Below, piece by piece: positions 25,308 to 35,590 of a stretch of 64,000 nucleotides of DNA (the first letter of the stretch is position 1; every line of letters begins with the position of its first letter). The DNA lies in assembly GCA_965223855.1 (NCBI GenBank), contig CBDCXM010000009.1, positions 1,632,001 through 1,696,000 of the forward strand, written 5' to 3'. The stretch comes from Candidatus Multivoradales bacterium. Lineage in GTDB: Bacteria; Acidobacteriota; Thermoanaerobaculia; Multivoradales; JAHEKO01. Below the pieces are notes generated by a model. It did no database searches. It worked only from the letters and a program-made list of their open reading frames with translations, and had not been told where the DNA came from. A program made the translations under genes and the position numbers.

Positions 25308-26744
25308 GTGCACGAGAGCGTCGTCAAGGCGATCGCCGGCGGGCGGATCGAGCCGCTCTATCTCGTCGTCGGCGAGCGGGTGGCGGCCGAGCCGGCGGGC
25401 CTGGCGATCGCCGAGGCGGCGGCCGGGGCGATCGGAGCCGAGGTCGAGACGATCCGGCATCCGGCGGGTCTCGACGCGGTGCTCGGGGACCTGCGCACGC
25501 TGTCGCTCTTCGGCAGCGGCAAGGTGGTGCTGGTGATCGACTCTCAGCTGCTGACCGACGAGCACGGGGTCGCGGAGCTGATCGACGAGGCGGCGAAGTC
25601 GCTCCCGCTCGGTTCCGGTGACGATCTTTCGACGGATGAGCGGCGCGCGGCGGGGAGGCTGTTGCAGGCGCTTCGTCTCTACGAGCTCGATCCCTACGCC
25701 GGCTCGGTCGAGGAACTCCTCGGCAGGATGCCGGAGAAGGCGTTTCAGGGCGGCACCAGCCACCGGCGCAAGACCGGCAACAGGGCGCGCGGCAAGCGGC
25801 AGGTGGCGGGCCTCAAGGAAGGGCTCGCCCAGCTGCTCGGCCGCGCGCGCGCGCTCGAACTGGTCGGCTGGGCGGAGAACGACCTCGCGGAGTTGGGGAG
25901 ACTGGTCGAGGGTGGGCTGCCGCCCGGCCACACGCTGGTCCTGGTGGAGCGCAGTGCCGCCGCACAGCACCCGCTGGTCAGAACCCTCGATCGGCGAGAT
26001 GCGCTGGTCGTCCTCGAGACGGTCGATCAGAACCGTCGCGGGAGCTGGGAGGGGCTCGAGTCGATCGTCCGCCAGCTCGAGAGCGAGACCGGCGTCGGGA
26101 TCGACCGACCGGCACTCGACGAGCTCGCCCGCCGGACTCTGCAACAGAACGACTACCGCTCGGGCGGCGGTGCGCGGGAAGCGTCGACCGAGCGGCTTGC
26201 GGGGGAGTACCGGAAGCTCGCGAGCCTCGCCACCGGCGGCAGGATCGACCGCGAGCTGGTCGAGGACGCGGTCGACGATCGCGGCTCCGAGAACGTCTGG
26301 AAGATCCTCGATGCGATCGGTGCCGGCAACGCCGGCGAGGCGCTCCATCGGCTCGACCGGCTGCTCGCGGCCTCCGAAGATCCGGAGCGCGAGCGTCTGT
26401 CGTTCTTCGGTCTCGTGGCCGGTTTCGCCGGCAACCTGACCGCCATCGCCGGCCTCGCGCGGGCCAACGGCGTGCCGCGCAACGAACGCAACTACAACCG
26501 CTTCAAGAGCCAGCTCTATCCCAAGCTGACTGCGCCGACGCCGACGGGCAGGAATCCGCTCGCCGGCCAGCACGCGTTCAAGCTTCACCGCGCCTACCTG
26601 GCGGCTTCCAGGCTGCCCGCGGAGGTGCTGTCGCGGCTGCCGACCCGGGTGCTCGAAGCGGAAGTAGCGCTCAAGGGGGGCACCCGCCGCCCTGAAGCGG
26701 CGCTCGCCGTCCTGATCACCGAGCTGGCACACCCCGGCGCCTGA
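25308..26744 (+). CDS. holA: DNA polymerase III delta subunit (HolA)-like, with an internal insertion
   Basis: PLYLVVGE, LRTLSLFGSGKVVLV, EYRKLASL, NVWKILDAI, EVALKGG. Confidence 0.65.
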   Translation: MHESVVKAIAGGRIEPLYLVVGERVAAEPAGLAIAEAAAGAIGAEVETIRHPAGLDAVLGDLRTLSLFGSGKVVLVIDSQLLTDEHGVAELIDEAAKSLPLGSGDDLSTDERRAAGRLLQALRLYELDPYAGSVEELLGRMPEKAFQGGTSHRRKTGNRARGKRQVAGLKEGLAQLLGRARALELVGWAENDLAELGRLVEGGLPPGHTLVLVERSAAAQHPLVRTLDRRDALVVLETVDQNRRGSWEGLESIVRQLESETGVGIDRPALDELARRTLQQNDYRSGGGAREASTERLAGEYRKLASLATGGRIDRELVEDAVDDRGSENVWKILDAIGAGNAGEALHRLDRLLAASEDPERERLSFFGLVAGFAGNLTAIAGLARANGVPRNERNYNRFKSQLYPKLTAPTPTGRNPLAGQHAFKLHRAYLAASRLPAEVLSRLPTRVLEAEVALKGGTRRPEAALAVLITELAHPGA

Positions 26745-26802
26745 CCGACGCCCGGGGTCTATCGGGGCAGGCGTCGCCGCCCGGCGGCTTAGAATCGACG
26801 GC

Positions 26803-27627
26803 ATGCCGGAGCTGCCCGAGGTCGAAGTCCTGCGCCGCAGCCTCGCCGGACCGCTCCTCGGGCGCAGAGTCGAGGCGGTGCGCGTGCATCACACCGGGCT
26901 GCGCGAGCCGGTGGATCGCCGCTCGCTCGAGAAGGCGGCCGTCGGGCGCCGGATCGTCGCTCTCGGGCGGCGGTCCAAGTACCTGCTGATCGATCTCGAC
27001 GGTGCGCACTCGCTGATCGTCCACCTCGGGATGAGCGGGCGTCTCACCCTGGTGCCGGAAAGCGAGGAGCGCGAGTTGCACGAGCACGTCTCGTTCGCTC
27101 TCGACGACGGGCGGCGACTGCGCTTCCGCGACCCGCGACGGTTCGGCATGGTGCTGGCGCGACCGACGGAGACGCTCTTCGACGAGAGCCGGTTCCGCGC
27201 CCTCGGCCCCGAACCGCTCGACGGCAACCTCGACGGCAAGGCGCTGGCGGCGGCTGCCGAGCGGCGGAGGGGACCGGTCAAGGGCTTTCTCCTCAACGGC
27301 TCGGTCGTCGCCGGCGTCGGCAACATCTACGCCTGCGAAGCGCTGTGGCGTGCGGGCGTGCATCCGAAGCGCACGGTCGACCGCATCGCCGCCGCCCGGT
27401 GGGACCGACTCGCCGCCGCGGTGCGCGAGACGCTCAGTGACGCCGTCGAACAGGGAGGGACGACGCTCAACGACTTCGCCGACGGTGAGGGCAACAGCGG
27501 CTACTTCCAGGTGTCGCTCGCGGTCTACGGCCGCGAGGGCGAACCGTGCCCGCGTTGCGAGCGGCCGATCCGGCGGATCGTCCAGGGGCAGCGCAGCACC
27601 TTCTACTGCGTGGGTTGTCAGCGGTGA
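26803..27627 (+). CDS. mutM: Formamidopyrimidine-DNA glycosylase
   Basis: MPELPEVE, HLGMSG, DPRRFG, GVGNIY, C-terminal CPRC...CVGCQ zinc finger. Confidence 0.96.
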   Translation: MPELPEVEVLRRSLAGPLLGRRVEAVRVHHTGLREPVDRRSLEKAAVGRRIVALGRRSKYLLIDLDGAHSLIVHLGMSGRLTLVPESEERELHEHVSFALDDGRRLRFRDPRRFGMVLARPTETLFDESRFRALGPEPLDGNLDGKALAAAAERRRGPVKGFLLNGSVVAGVGNIYACEALWRAGVHPKRTVDRIAAARWDRLAAAVRETLSDAVEQGGTTLNDFADGEGNSGYFQVSLAVYGREGEPCPRCERPIRRIVQGQRSTFYCVGCQR

Positions 27628-27655
27628 AATCGTGCCGCAGAACGGGAGGTGGCCG

Positions 27656-28372
27656 ATGATCGAAGCGGTGCTGTTCGACATGGGAGGCGTGCTTTTGAGC
27701 CTTCAGAACGGGCGCGGCCTGCCGCAGGGGCGGACCGACTGGCGCGGCCGCCAGGCGCTGCTGCGCAGGATTCGCGACGCCGGCGGCCGGATCGAGGAGG
27801 GCGATCTCGACAAGCTGCTCTTCGACCGCTGGCGCGAGGAGTACGACGAGCGCTACCGGCGAGGGGCCGAGGCGTCATGGGAGCCGCACCTGGGTCGGCT
27901 TCGCGCCTGGGCAAAGGTCGAACTCGACGACCTCGATCTTCTGGGCGCCTGGTTCCGCCCCTACGGCGAGCAGCTCCCCGCCTTGCCGGGTGCGATCGAG
28001 ACGGTCCGCGAGCTGCGCGAGCGCGGCCTCCGGGTCGGCCTGGTGTCGAACGTGCCGATGCCGGGCGTGCTCTATCAGGCCATCCTCGCCGGCCACGGCA
28101 TCGCCGACTGGATCGAGACCTTCCACTTCAGCTACGACGAGGGGAGCCGCAAGCCGTCACCCGTCATGATCCGCCGCGCCCTCGCCGAGTTGCAGATCGA
28201 GCCCGCCCGCGCGCTGATGGTCGGCGACCGCCGCAGCAGCGACGTCGCCGCCGGCAGGGCGGCCGGCGTCGGCACGATCTGGCTGCGCCGTCACGACGGC
28301 GGCGGGCCGGAGCCCGACTACGCGATCGACGAACTGCCCGGAGTCCTGTCGATCGCCGAGTCGATCGGGTGA
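27656..28372 (+). CDS. HAD-family hydrolase
   Basis: LFDMGGVL, LVSN, RKPSP, MVGDRRSSDV. Confidence 0.85.
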   Translation: MIEAVLFDMGGVLLSLQNGRGLPQGRTDWRGRQALLRRIRDAGGRIEEGDLDKLLFDRWREEYDERYRRGAEASWEPHLGRLRAWAKVELDDLDLLGAWFRPYGEQLPALPGAIETVRELRERGLRVGLVSNVPMPGVLYQAILAGHGIADWIETFHFSYDEGSRKPSPVMIRRALAELQIEPARALMVGDRRSSDVAAGRAAGVGTIWLRRHDGGGPEPDYAIDELPGVLSIAESIG

Positions 28373-29133
28373 GAGGCGTGCGGGCAGCCGTGCTCGGCGG
28401 GCTTGGCCTCTGCGTGCTGGTGGCTGCCCTGAACGGGCAACCGACGACGTCGGACAGCGAAGTTGCGACACTCGACGAGGCGGTGGCGCTCTGCCGCGGG
28501 TCGATCGATCACGTGCGCGAGGACTGCGCGGATTGTGTGGCGGCGAACGAGGAGTGGATCCAGCGGGTCATCGAGGCGCACGGCGAGTGCGAGGCAGACG
28601 GTCGAGGCTTCTGCCTTTCACGGGCCGAAAGAGCTCTGGCTCGCTGTGCACAGCCGCCCTACCACTACTTCTATCCCAGGCTGCCGTTGGATCGAGCGGC
28701 CTTCGAGAGTCTCTCCGAGAGGGGCTCGATCTGCCCGGGAGTGCGCGGCCTACTGACATGGGGGTCGAGGGACCCGGAGATGTCGCTGGTCCTCCAGGTT
28801 CGGCTTCCTGAGAATGCCTTCGAAGGTGAGGTCGGCCCGGAGGTCGCCGTCGGGGAAGGGGTGGAGCTCGAGATCCGCACTGGCCGGAGACTGCAATCGG
28901 GGTGCGATCTCGCCCCGCCTCGCTCGAGCAGCCCCTACGAGGACTTCGTCGCCGAGCGCTGGCGAGGCTTGGCGGGCAGGGTGCGATGGAGCCTTTTCGA
29001 ACTCCCCTGCCGGGACTCGACCCGGCAAGGTGTTCGGGTCCGACTGGATTCGCTGCGAGTCGAGTCCGAAGACGGCGAGTCGAGAGAACTGGGAAGCCTG
29101 AGCCTCAGCGCCTATCCTCCCTTCGCCTGCTAG
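28369..29133 (+). CDS. Hypothetical secreted Cys-containing protein
   Basis: GTGA overlap with the HAD stop, signal-like N-terminus, 11 Cys; no recognisable family. Confidence 0.5.
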   Translation: MRGVRAAVLGGLGLCVLVAALNGQPTTSDSEVATLDEAVALCRGSIDHVREDCADCVAANEEWIQRVIEAHGECEADGRGFCLSRAERALARCAQPPYHYFYPRLPLDRAAFESLSERGSICPGVRGLLTWGSRDPEMSLVLQVRLPENAFEGEVGPEVAVGEGVELEIRTGRRLQSGCDLAPPRSSSPYEDFVAERWRGLAGRVRWSLFELPCRDSTRQGVRVRLDSLRVESEDGESRELGSLSLSAYPPFAC

Positions 29134-29497
29134 CGGGGGCGCTACCAGGTGTCGCCGAGTGGTTCTGTGAACCTGCGATATCGAGGCTTCAGATTCCGAC
29201 GAGCGCGCGACTGCCAGGGGCGTAGGTCACCCGACGACGCACCAGAGCCGTCGTACCCGGAGACCTTCGCCGCGACCGAGGAACCTCGAAAGCGGTCCTT
29301 CTCGAGAAGCCCTACGCACTCCGGCCACAGCCCGACAGCTGTCGAGGGAGGGACCCGCACCGCCGCCGACATCAAGTCAGGACAGCCCCACCTGAAGCCT
29401 TTTGCCTCGACCCAAGCTGGTCGAGATCGGTCAACCGTGAAGAGCCCGGCCTGGTTTCACAACCCGACAGGCGCGCCTCTCCGCCGTGCCGAAGCCG

Positions 29498-31276
29498 TCA
29501 GAACGGCCAGAAGACCGGAATCAGAATCGTCGCCAGGATCCAGAACAGCAGGTTCAACGGCGCCCCGAATTTCATGTAGTCGTTGAACTTGTAGTTGCCG
29601 GGGCCGAAGACCATGGCGTTGGTCTGGTAGCCCATCGGAGTCATGAAGGAGGCGGACGCCGCGTAGGCGACGGCCATCAGCAGGGGGCGCGCGTCGACCC
29701 CGAGTTGGGAGGCAGCGGTCATGGCGATCGGCGCCATCAGCACGGCAGTGGCGTTGTTCGAGAAGAACGAGGTCAGTAGAGACGTCGCGAAGTAGAGCAG
29801 TGACAGCATCGCCAGCGGGCCGTAGTCGACGCCGAAACCGCCGAGGATGCCGCCGATGAAGCCGTCGAGGCCGGTGTTCCGCATCGCCGTCGACAGCGGC
29901 AGGATCGCCGCCAGCAGGAAGATCACCGTCCAATCGATCGCGTGGTACGACTGCTGGATGGTGATCGAGCGGGTGACGAGCAGCACGACGGCGCCGAGGA
30001 TCGCCGCCTTGAGGATCGGCATGATCGACAGCGCGGAGAGGAGCACCACCAGGGCGATGGTGCCGGCGCTGATCCACCAGCGTGGCGACAGGTTGAGCTT
30101 GAGGTCGCGCTCCCCGAGGGCGACGAAGTCCTCCATCTCGTAGAGCGCCTCGACTCGCGAGCGCGGGCCGAAGACGAGGACCGTGTCCCACTGGCGCAGC
30201 CGGATGCGGGCGAGCTTCTCCTGAATCAGCTCGCCGGTGCGGTTGAGCGCCAGCACGAAGCAGCCGAAGCGGCGGCGGAAGTCGATCTCCTTGAGCGTCG
30301 AATCGACGAGCTCGGAGGCGGGCGAGAGCTGCACCTCGGCGAGGATGGTCTGGGCGTCCGAGAGGTCCTCGTCGCGAAGCTTGACGTCGGTCAGCAGCAG
30401 CAGGCCGAACTGCTCGCGGAAGGCGATGATGTCTTCGACGCCGCCGCGCACCAGAAGGACGTCGTCCTCGCGCAGCCGCTCCGAGCGCAGATCGGTGGCG
30501 ATCTTCTCCTTGCCGCGCAGGATCTCGAGCACGTTGAGCTGGAAGCGCTGGCTGACCTGTTCCTCGACGACGGTGCGGCCGATCAGCTTGGAGCCGGCCG
30601 GCACCCGCAGTTCCGTCAGGAAGCCGCTCAGGTGGTACTTGCGCGTCAGCGACGACAGGATCGCCCGCGACGGCAGGAACTTCATCGGCACCAGCACGTT
30701 GTAGACCAGCCCGACCGTCAGCAGGATGAAGCCGAGCTTGGCGAACTCGAAGACCTCGAACGGCGGCTGGCCGCCCTGCTCGGCGAGCGAGCCGACGAGG
30801 AGATTGGTCGACGTGCCGAAGAGTGTGCAGGTGCCGCCGACGACGGCGACGAACGACAGCGGCATCAGCAGCTTCGACGGGCTGACCCGGAAGTGACGGC
30901 ACAGGTGGATCGCCACCGGCATGAAGACGCTCACCGCCGCGGTGTTGTTGATGAACGCCGAGATGACGCCGACGAGTGTCAGCAGCAGGACGGCGGCGAC
31001 CATCTGGGACGTCCCGGTGAGGTCGGCGATGCGGTAGCCGGCCTTGGTGACAAGACCGCTCTGCACCAGCCCTTCGGAGAGGATGAACATCATCATCACC
31101 GTCACCACGGCAGGGTTGCTGAAGCCGGCGACCGCCTCCTCCGCGGAGACGAGGTCGAACAGCAGCAGCAGCCCGAGGCTCGACAGCGCGATGACGTCCA
31201 TCGACGCCCACTCGCGCACGAACGCGGTGACCGTCAGGAGGACGATGACCAGGAGGATGGCGATGTCGGGCGTCAT
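29498..31276 (-). CDS. SLC13/DASS-family permease with TrkA-C domains
   Basis: SAFINNTA, GTSTNL, two RCK_C-like domains, SNNATA, TPMGYQTN. Confidence 0.9.
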   Translation of the reverse strand: MTPDIAILLVIVLLTVTAFVREWASMDVIALSSLGLLLLFDLVSAEEAVAGFSNPAVVTVMMMFILSEGLVQSGLVTKAGYRIADLTGTSQMVAAVLLLTLVGVISAFINNTAAVSVFMPVAIHLCRHFRVSPSKLLMPLSFVAVVGGTCTLFGTSTNLLVGSLAEQGGQPPFEVFEFAKLGFILLTVGLVYNVLVPMKFLPSRAILSSLTRKYHLSGFLTELRVPAGSKLIGRTVVEEQVSQRFQLNVLEILRGKEKIATDLRSERLREDDVLLVRGGVEDIIAFREQFGLLLLTDVKLRDEDLSDAQTILAEVQLSPASELVDSTLKEIDFRRRFGCFVLALNRTGELIQEKLARIRLRQWDTVLVFGPRSRVEALYEMEDFVALGERDLKLNLSPRWWISAGTIALVVLLSALSIMPILKAAILGAVVLLVTRSITIQQSYHAIDWTVIFLLAAILPLSTAMRNTGLDGFIGGILGGFGVDYGPLAMLSLLYFATSLLTSFFSNNATAVLMAPIAMTAASQLGVDARPLLMAVAYAASASFMTPMGYQTNAMVFGPGNYKFNDYMKFGAPLNLLFWILATILIPVFWPF

Positions 31277-31447
31277 TGGCAGAGGAGTCCGGCGTGGGAG
31301 GGCGCGAGTGTAGCCGGTTGGGGGCTCGTAGCCGGCCGCGTCCCCCCTGACAGTGCCAGGAGCGGCTGCTTCTTCGACCCCGGGTCGCAGGGAGGGATCG
31401 AGCCAGGGTGCTCAGTTGCTAAACTCCGCCCGCTTCTGAAGGGGAGA

Positions 31448-32329
31448 ATGAAGATGCTGACCAGCCACCGAAACTGCTTTCTGATCGCCCTCGCCGCCCT
31501 GCTGATCGCGGGCTGCGAGGAAGCGCCGCAACCGGTGGGCGGGATCGCCGTCGAGCCGACCCAGATCGCCCTGCCCGCCTCGAGCTACACGCCGCTCGAG
31601 ATCACCGTCACGCCTTCGACGGCCCTCGACGCAGGCGCCGACCCGCACGTGATGGTGCACCTGCTCGACGCGTCGGGGACGGTGGTCCGTACCTTCGACC
31701 ACCCACTACCGGTCGAGTGGACCCCGGGGACTACGGAGAGCTATCCGATCGACCTCTACCAGTCGGCGCTGGCGCCGCCGCTCGACGCCGGGGCCTACCG
31801 TCTCACCGTGGGACTCTACGACCCGGCGGCCGGGCGCTGGGCGTTGACGGCCGCGGGCGAGGAGGTCGCGACGAGCGAGTATGCGGTGGCGACCGTCGAT
31901 GCAGCGCCGCGCCCGGAGGCGGGGCCGCGGTTCTTCTTCTCCCCGACCTGGCAGGCGACCGAGGCTGGGACCGACGTACAGATCCTCGGCAGGCGGTGGC
32001 TTCGCGGCGACGGCTCGATTCGGGTCGATCGCCTCGAGTCGGCCGGCACGCTGAAGGTGGTCGCCAGAATCCCGAAGCCGAACCCCGAACTGGAGGACCT
32101 CGTCCTGAGCGAGGGGTTCGACGGGGTGGTGCTGGAAGCGACCACGACCTGCTCGGATCAGAGCTGGACCTTCACCGGGCAGGGACGGCACGTCCTCGAG
32201 GTCTCAGTCGGAGCCGGCGCAGGGGAGTGCGAGATCGCCTTCGTGCCGCGGTATCAGATCGTCAACCGGCTCAACCTCGACGGGCGGGCGCTGGTCGTCG
32301 ATCTGCTCGCCTGGCAGCCGGCGGGCTGA
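31448..32329 (+). CDS. Hypothetical lipoprotein
   Basis: Lipobox LIAG-C; beta-rich, with VMVHLLD...TFDH and GAYRLTVGLY segments. Confidence 0.7.
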   Translation: MKMLTSHRNCFLIALAALLIAGCEEAPQPVGGIAVEPTQIALPASSYTPLEITVTPSTALDAGADPHVMVHLLDASGTVVRTFDHPLPVEWTPGTTESYPIDLYQSALAPPLDAGAYRLTVGLYDPAAGRWALTAAGEEVATSEYAVATVDAAPRPEAGPRFFFSPTWQATEAGTDVQILGRRWLRGDGSIRVDRLESAGTLKVVARIPKPNPELEDLVLSEGFDGVVLEATTTCSDQSWTFTGQGRHVLEVSVGAGAGECEIAFVPRYQIVNRLNLDGRALVVDLLAWQPAG

Positions 32330-32347
32330 AGCCGCTGAGTCTTTGAG

Positions 32348-32884
32348 CTAGCCGGCGGTCGAGAGCGTGACCGCCTGCTGGACCGGCAGGCCGTCGACGG
32401 CGCCGAGCGGCGTCCAAACCTCGACCTCTTCCTCGACCTGCTCACCGCCGCGCTCGACGGTCTCGGTCTCCATCGTGATGTCCATCCACTGCGCCTCGGT
32501 GAGCGCGACCTCGACGACGAACTTGCCGCCGGCCGGCATCTCCGGCCTCGAGGTCTCGGTCGTCCAGAAGTTGTAGAGCGGAATGTCGAGTTCGCCGCCC
32601 GCCGGCACCGGATACATGAAGAGCTGGTTGCCGTAGACGGTCAGGTCCTGACCGTTGAGGGTGACGCGGAAACCGAGTTGGGAAGCGATCTTGTCGCCGT
32701 CGTTGCGCACCTTGACGGTCAGCTTGCACAGCGTGTCCGCCGCCGGAGTCTCCGGATCGACGGTGATCCCGGTCACGGAGAGCTGGGACGCGGCGGTGGC
32801 CTCGTCCTGAGCGGCCAGTGGAGCGGTCTGGAGCGCGAGCAGCACGATGCCGGCCGCGAGGGCGGAGCGCAGGAAGATCTTCAT
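32348..32884 (-). CDS. Hypothetical secreted Ig-like protein
   Basis: Signal peptide (PLAA-Q), LTVKVRNDG CARDB-like strand, codon usage like its neighbours. Confidence 0.7.
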   Translation of the reverse strand: MKIFLRSALAAGIVLLALQTAPLAAQDEATAASQLSVTGITVDPETPAADTLCKLTVKVRNDGDKIASQLGFRVTLNGQDLTVYGNQLFMYPVPAGGELDIPLYNFWTTETSRPEMPAGGKFVVEVALTEAQWMDITMETETVERGGEQVEEEVEVWTPLGAVDGLPVQQAVTLSTAG

Positions 32885-32965
32885 CGTCGGGATCATAGCG
32901 GATGAGTGGGAGACAATAGGAATCGGGCGACGCGTCGCGATGTTGACGCCCTTCGAGGTCGAGCG

Positions 32966-33826
32966 ATGAGAACCGACGACGATCGAACTAGATTCCAGCG
33001 GTACGGCTGGCCGGCCATGGCGGTGGCCGGCGGAGTCTCCGCGCTCGGCTATCTGCGCAACCGCTTTCAGCACGGCTCGATGTTCCATCCCGACCGCTAC
33101 CCGAACGGGATCTGGAACCCGGCGCCCTACGGGCTCGACGTCGACGACAGCTGGTTCACCACCACGGACGGGGTCGATCTGCACGGCTGGTGGATCCCGC
33201 ACAAGCGGGCGCGAGCGACGCTGCTCTTCTGCCACGGCAACAGCGGCAGCATCGCCCATCAGATCGGCGTGCTGCGTCACCTGCGTCGCCTGCGGGTCAA
33301 CCTCTTCGCTTTCGACTATCGCGGCTACGGCCGCAGCTCCGGGTCGCCGAGCGAGAAGGGGCTCTACCTTGATGTCCGAGCGGCCCATGCTTTCGTCACC
33401 GGTGAGCTGGCGAGGCCGGTGGAGGAGGTGGTGCTCTTCGGCCACTCCCTCGGCGGAGCGGTGGCGATCGACGGCGCCGTCGATCTTCCGGTGGCGGGGC
33501 TCGTCGCCCAGGCGACTTTCACCGACGTGCGGGACGCGGCGCGCGCCTTCTACCCGACGCTCCCCGTGCATTGGATAGCCCGCGCCCGCTTCCGCTCGAT
33601 CGACAAGGTCGGCACCCTCGCGATGCCGAAGCTCTTCATTCACGGCGACGCCGACGGCACGCTGCCGCTCGAATTCGGAGAGCGGCTGTACGAAGCGGCG
33701 GCAGAGCCGAAAGAGTTCTACCGCGTAGCCGGAGCCGGCCACAACGACGTGCACCGGCACGGGGGTCTCGGCTACCTGCGCCGGCTCTCGCGGTTCGTCA
33801 GGAACTGCCGGGCGGCAGCTCTGTGA
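32966..33826 (+). CDS. Alpha/beta hydrolase (YfhR/ABHD-like)
   Basis: CHGNSG, DYRGYGRS, GHSLGG, IHGDAD, GAGHND. Confidence 0.88.
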   Translation: MRTDDDRTRFQRYGWPAMAVAGGVSALGYLRNRFQHGSMFHPDRYPNGIWNPAPYGLDVDDSWFTTTDGVDLHGWWIPHKRARATLLFCHGNSGSIAHQIGVLRHLRRLRVNLFAFDYRGYGRSSGSPSEKGLYLDVRAAHAFVTGELARPVEEVVLFGHSLGGAVAIDGAVDLPVAGLVAQATFTDVRDAARAFYPTLPVHWIARARFRSIDKVGTLAMPKLFIHGDADGTLPLEFGERLYEAAAEPKEFYRVAGAGHNDVHRHGGLGYLRRLSRFVRNCRAAAL

Positions 33827-33880
33827 TTGGAGTCACAGACCGCTCGAGGTGATTTCGCCACAATTCCGGCGGAGCCTTCG

Positions 33881-34387
33881 ATGGTCTGTCGTTTTCGCTT
33901 CTACTGCGCTCTCCTTGCGATCGGCGTGCTCGCCTCCTGCTCGACAGGCGGCGACCGCGGTACGCCGACCTCGCCAGGCAATACGCCGACGGTAGCCCAG
34001 GTCGAGTTCGACTCGTTCGCGCTCGTGAACGTCGCCCGCTCCGACAACGGCGTGCAGCCACAGCTCGTGTACGACGAGGCCCTCGCCGCGGTCGCGAGGT
34101 CCCACAGCGAGCAGATGCGGGATCTCGACTTCTTCGGCCACTCGGACGACCAGGGCCGCACAGTCGGCGGGCGGCTCACTGATGCCGGCATCGGCTTCAG
34201 CTCGGCCGGCGAGAACCTCGCCCGCACGACCAACATCGCCAACCCGGCCGTGTGGGCACACGATCAGCTGATGGCGAGCGACGAGCACCGCCCCAACATC
34301 CTCAACGAGGACTATCTACGCATCGGCGTCGGAGTGGCGCGCGCAGGGACGACGTACTGGATCACCCAGGTCTTCGTGGCCCCCTGA
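33881..34387 (+). CDS. CAP/SCP-domain lipoprotein
   Basis: Lipobox LAS-C; ARSHSEQM..FFGH, GENLA, HRPNIL, IGVGV. Confidence 0.88.
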   Translation: MVCRFRFYCALLAIGVLASCSTGGDRGTPTSPGNTPTVAQVEFDSFALVNVARSDNGVQPQLVYDEALAAVARSHSEQMRDLDFFGHSDDQGRTVGGRLTDAGIGFSSAGENLARTTNIANPAVWAHDQLMASDEHRPNILNEDYLRIGVGVARAGTTYWITQVFVAP

Positions 34388-34424
34388 TCGCCGCCCGAGC
34401 GTCCCGCCACGCCGGGTGCCGCAG

Positions 34425-35558
34425 TCAGTCGTGCAGGGCGGGGCCCGCCAGCCCGAGATCTTCGTAGACCGCGTTCGTCAGGGCGTCGAAGCGCCGACGA
34501 TGAACGTCGTCACCCGGTGCCCCGTTGACGATGCAGACGACGACCACCTGCTCTTCCGGGTCGGCGAAGGCGACCGCGGTGCGATGGCCGCCGTGACCGA
34601 AGGCGCGCGGCGAGGCGTGATCGCCGAAGCCGTACGGGAGGCCGGGGAGGTCGTGCCAGCGTGAGTTGACGATCACGCCGAGCCCCCAATCGAGCGGGTA
34701 GCGGAAGGTGTGGTCGAGCAGGCCGACCCGATGCCGGGCAGAAAGCGCCGCCACCGTCTGACGGCCGAGCAGCCGCGTGCCGTCGAGCGCGCCGCCGGCA
34801 AGCAGCGCCGACCAGAAGCGCGCGAGTTGGCCGACCGGGCCGATGCCGCCTCCGCCCGGTGAGCAGGCGGTGGTGTGGGTGCGGTCGGTCCACGGGAGCG
34901 GGGTGAGTTCGGCCCGGTCGTTCGACTCGCCGGCAGGGGAGGCTGTGTCGAAGACCGGCGCGATCCTGCGGCCGTAGCCGTCGTAGTGCTCCCCGGGCAT
35001 GCCGATCCAGCAATCGTCCATGCCGAGGGGGAGGAAGATCTCTTCGCGCACGTAGGTCGGCACCTCGCGGCCGTCGAGGCGTCGAATCAGCTCGCCGAGC
35101 ACGAACCAGCTCGACGACAGGTGATAGCCGGCCTTGCGGCCGGGGGTCCAGCGCGGCTCGAGCTTCATCTGCGCGACGGTGTCGAGGATCTCGGACCAGG
35201 GGCGCTCGGGGAAGCCGAGGCCGAGCTTGCGGATACCCCCGGTGTGGGTCAGCAGGTGCCGGACGGTGACCGCTTCTTTGCCCCCGGCGGCGAAGTCGGG
35301 CCAGATCGCGGCGACCGGTGTGTCGAGCTCGAGGAGACCGCGCTCCCACAGCTGAGCGATCGCCACGGCGACGACCGGCTTGGTGACCGACAGCCACAAC
35401 ATCAGGTGGTCGCGCGTCAACGCCTCGCCCGGGCGCGCCTCTCCGACAGCGAGATCGGCGACGGTCTCGCCGTCTCGCAGAACGCACAGCTGGCCGCCGA
35501 GGTGGAGCCCGGTCGCGATGCCGGACTCGAGAGCAGCGGTCGCGGCAGGCAGCGTCAT
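34425..35558 (-). CDS. Beta-lactamase-family serine hydrolase
   Basis: SVTK, LLTHTGG, GYH, FGHGG. Confidence 0.88.
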   Translation of the reverse strand: MTLPAATAALESGIATGLHLGGQLCVLRDGETVADLAVGEARPGEALTRDHLMLWLSVTKPVVAVAIAQLWERGLLELDTPVAAIWPDFAAGGKEAVTVRHLLTHTGGIRKLGLGFPERPWSEILDTVAQMKLEPRWTPGRKAGYHLSSSWFVLGELIRRLDGREVPTYVREEIFLPLGMDDCWIGMPGEHYDGYGRRIAPVFDTASPAGESNDRAELTPLPWTDRTHTTACSPGGGGIGPVGQLARFWSALLAGGALDGTRLLGRQTVAALSARHRVGLLDHTFRYPLDWGLGVIVNSRWHDLPGLPYGFGDHASPRAFGHGGHRTAVAFADPEEQVVVVCIVNGAPGDDVHRRRFDALTNAVYEDLGLAGPALHD

Positions 35559-35590
35559 CAGGCGGCGAGGATACCTATAATCTCCCTCCC

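Noticed and set aside
29134-29497. Possible IS remnant with weak inverted ends (TGTGAACC ... GGTTTCACA)
   Set aside because: The match is too short and gapped, with no transposase fragment or target duplication visible.
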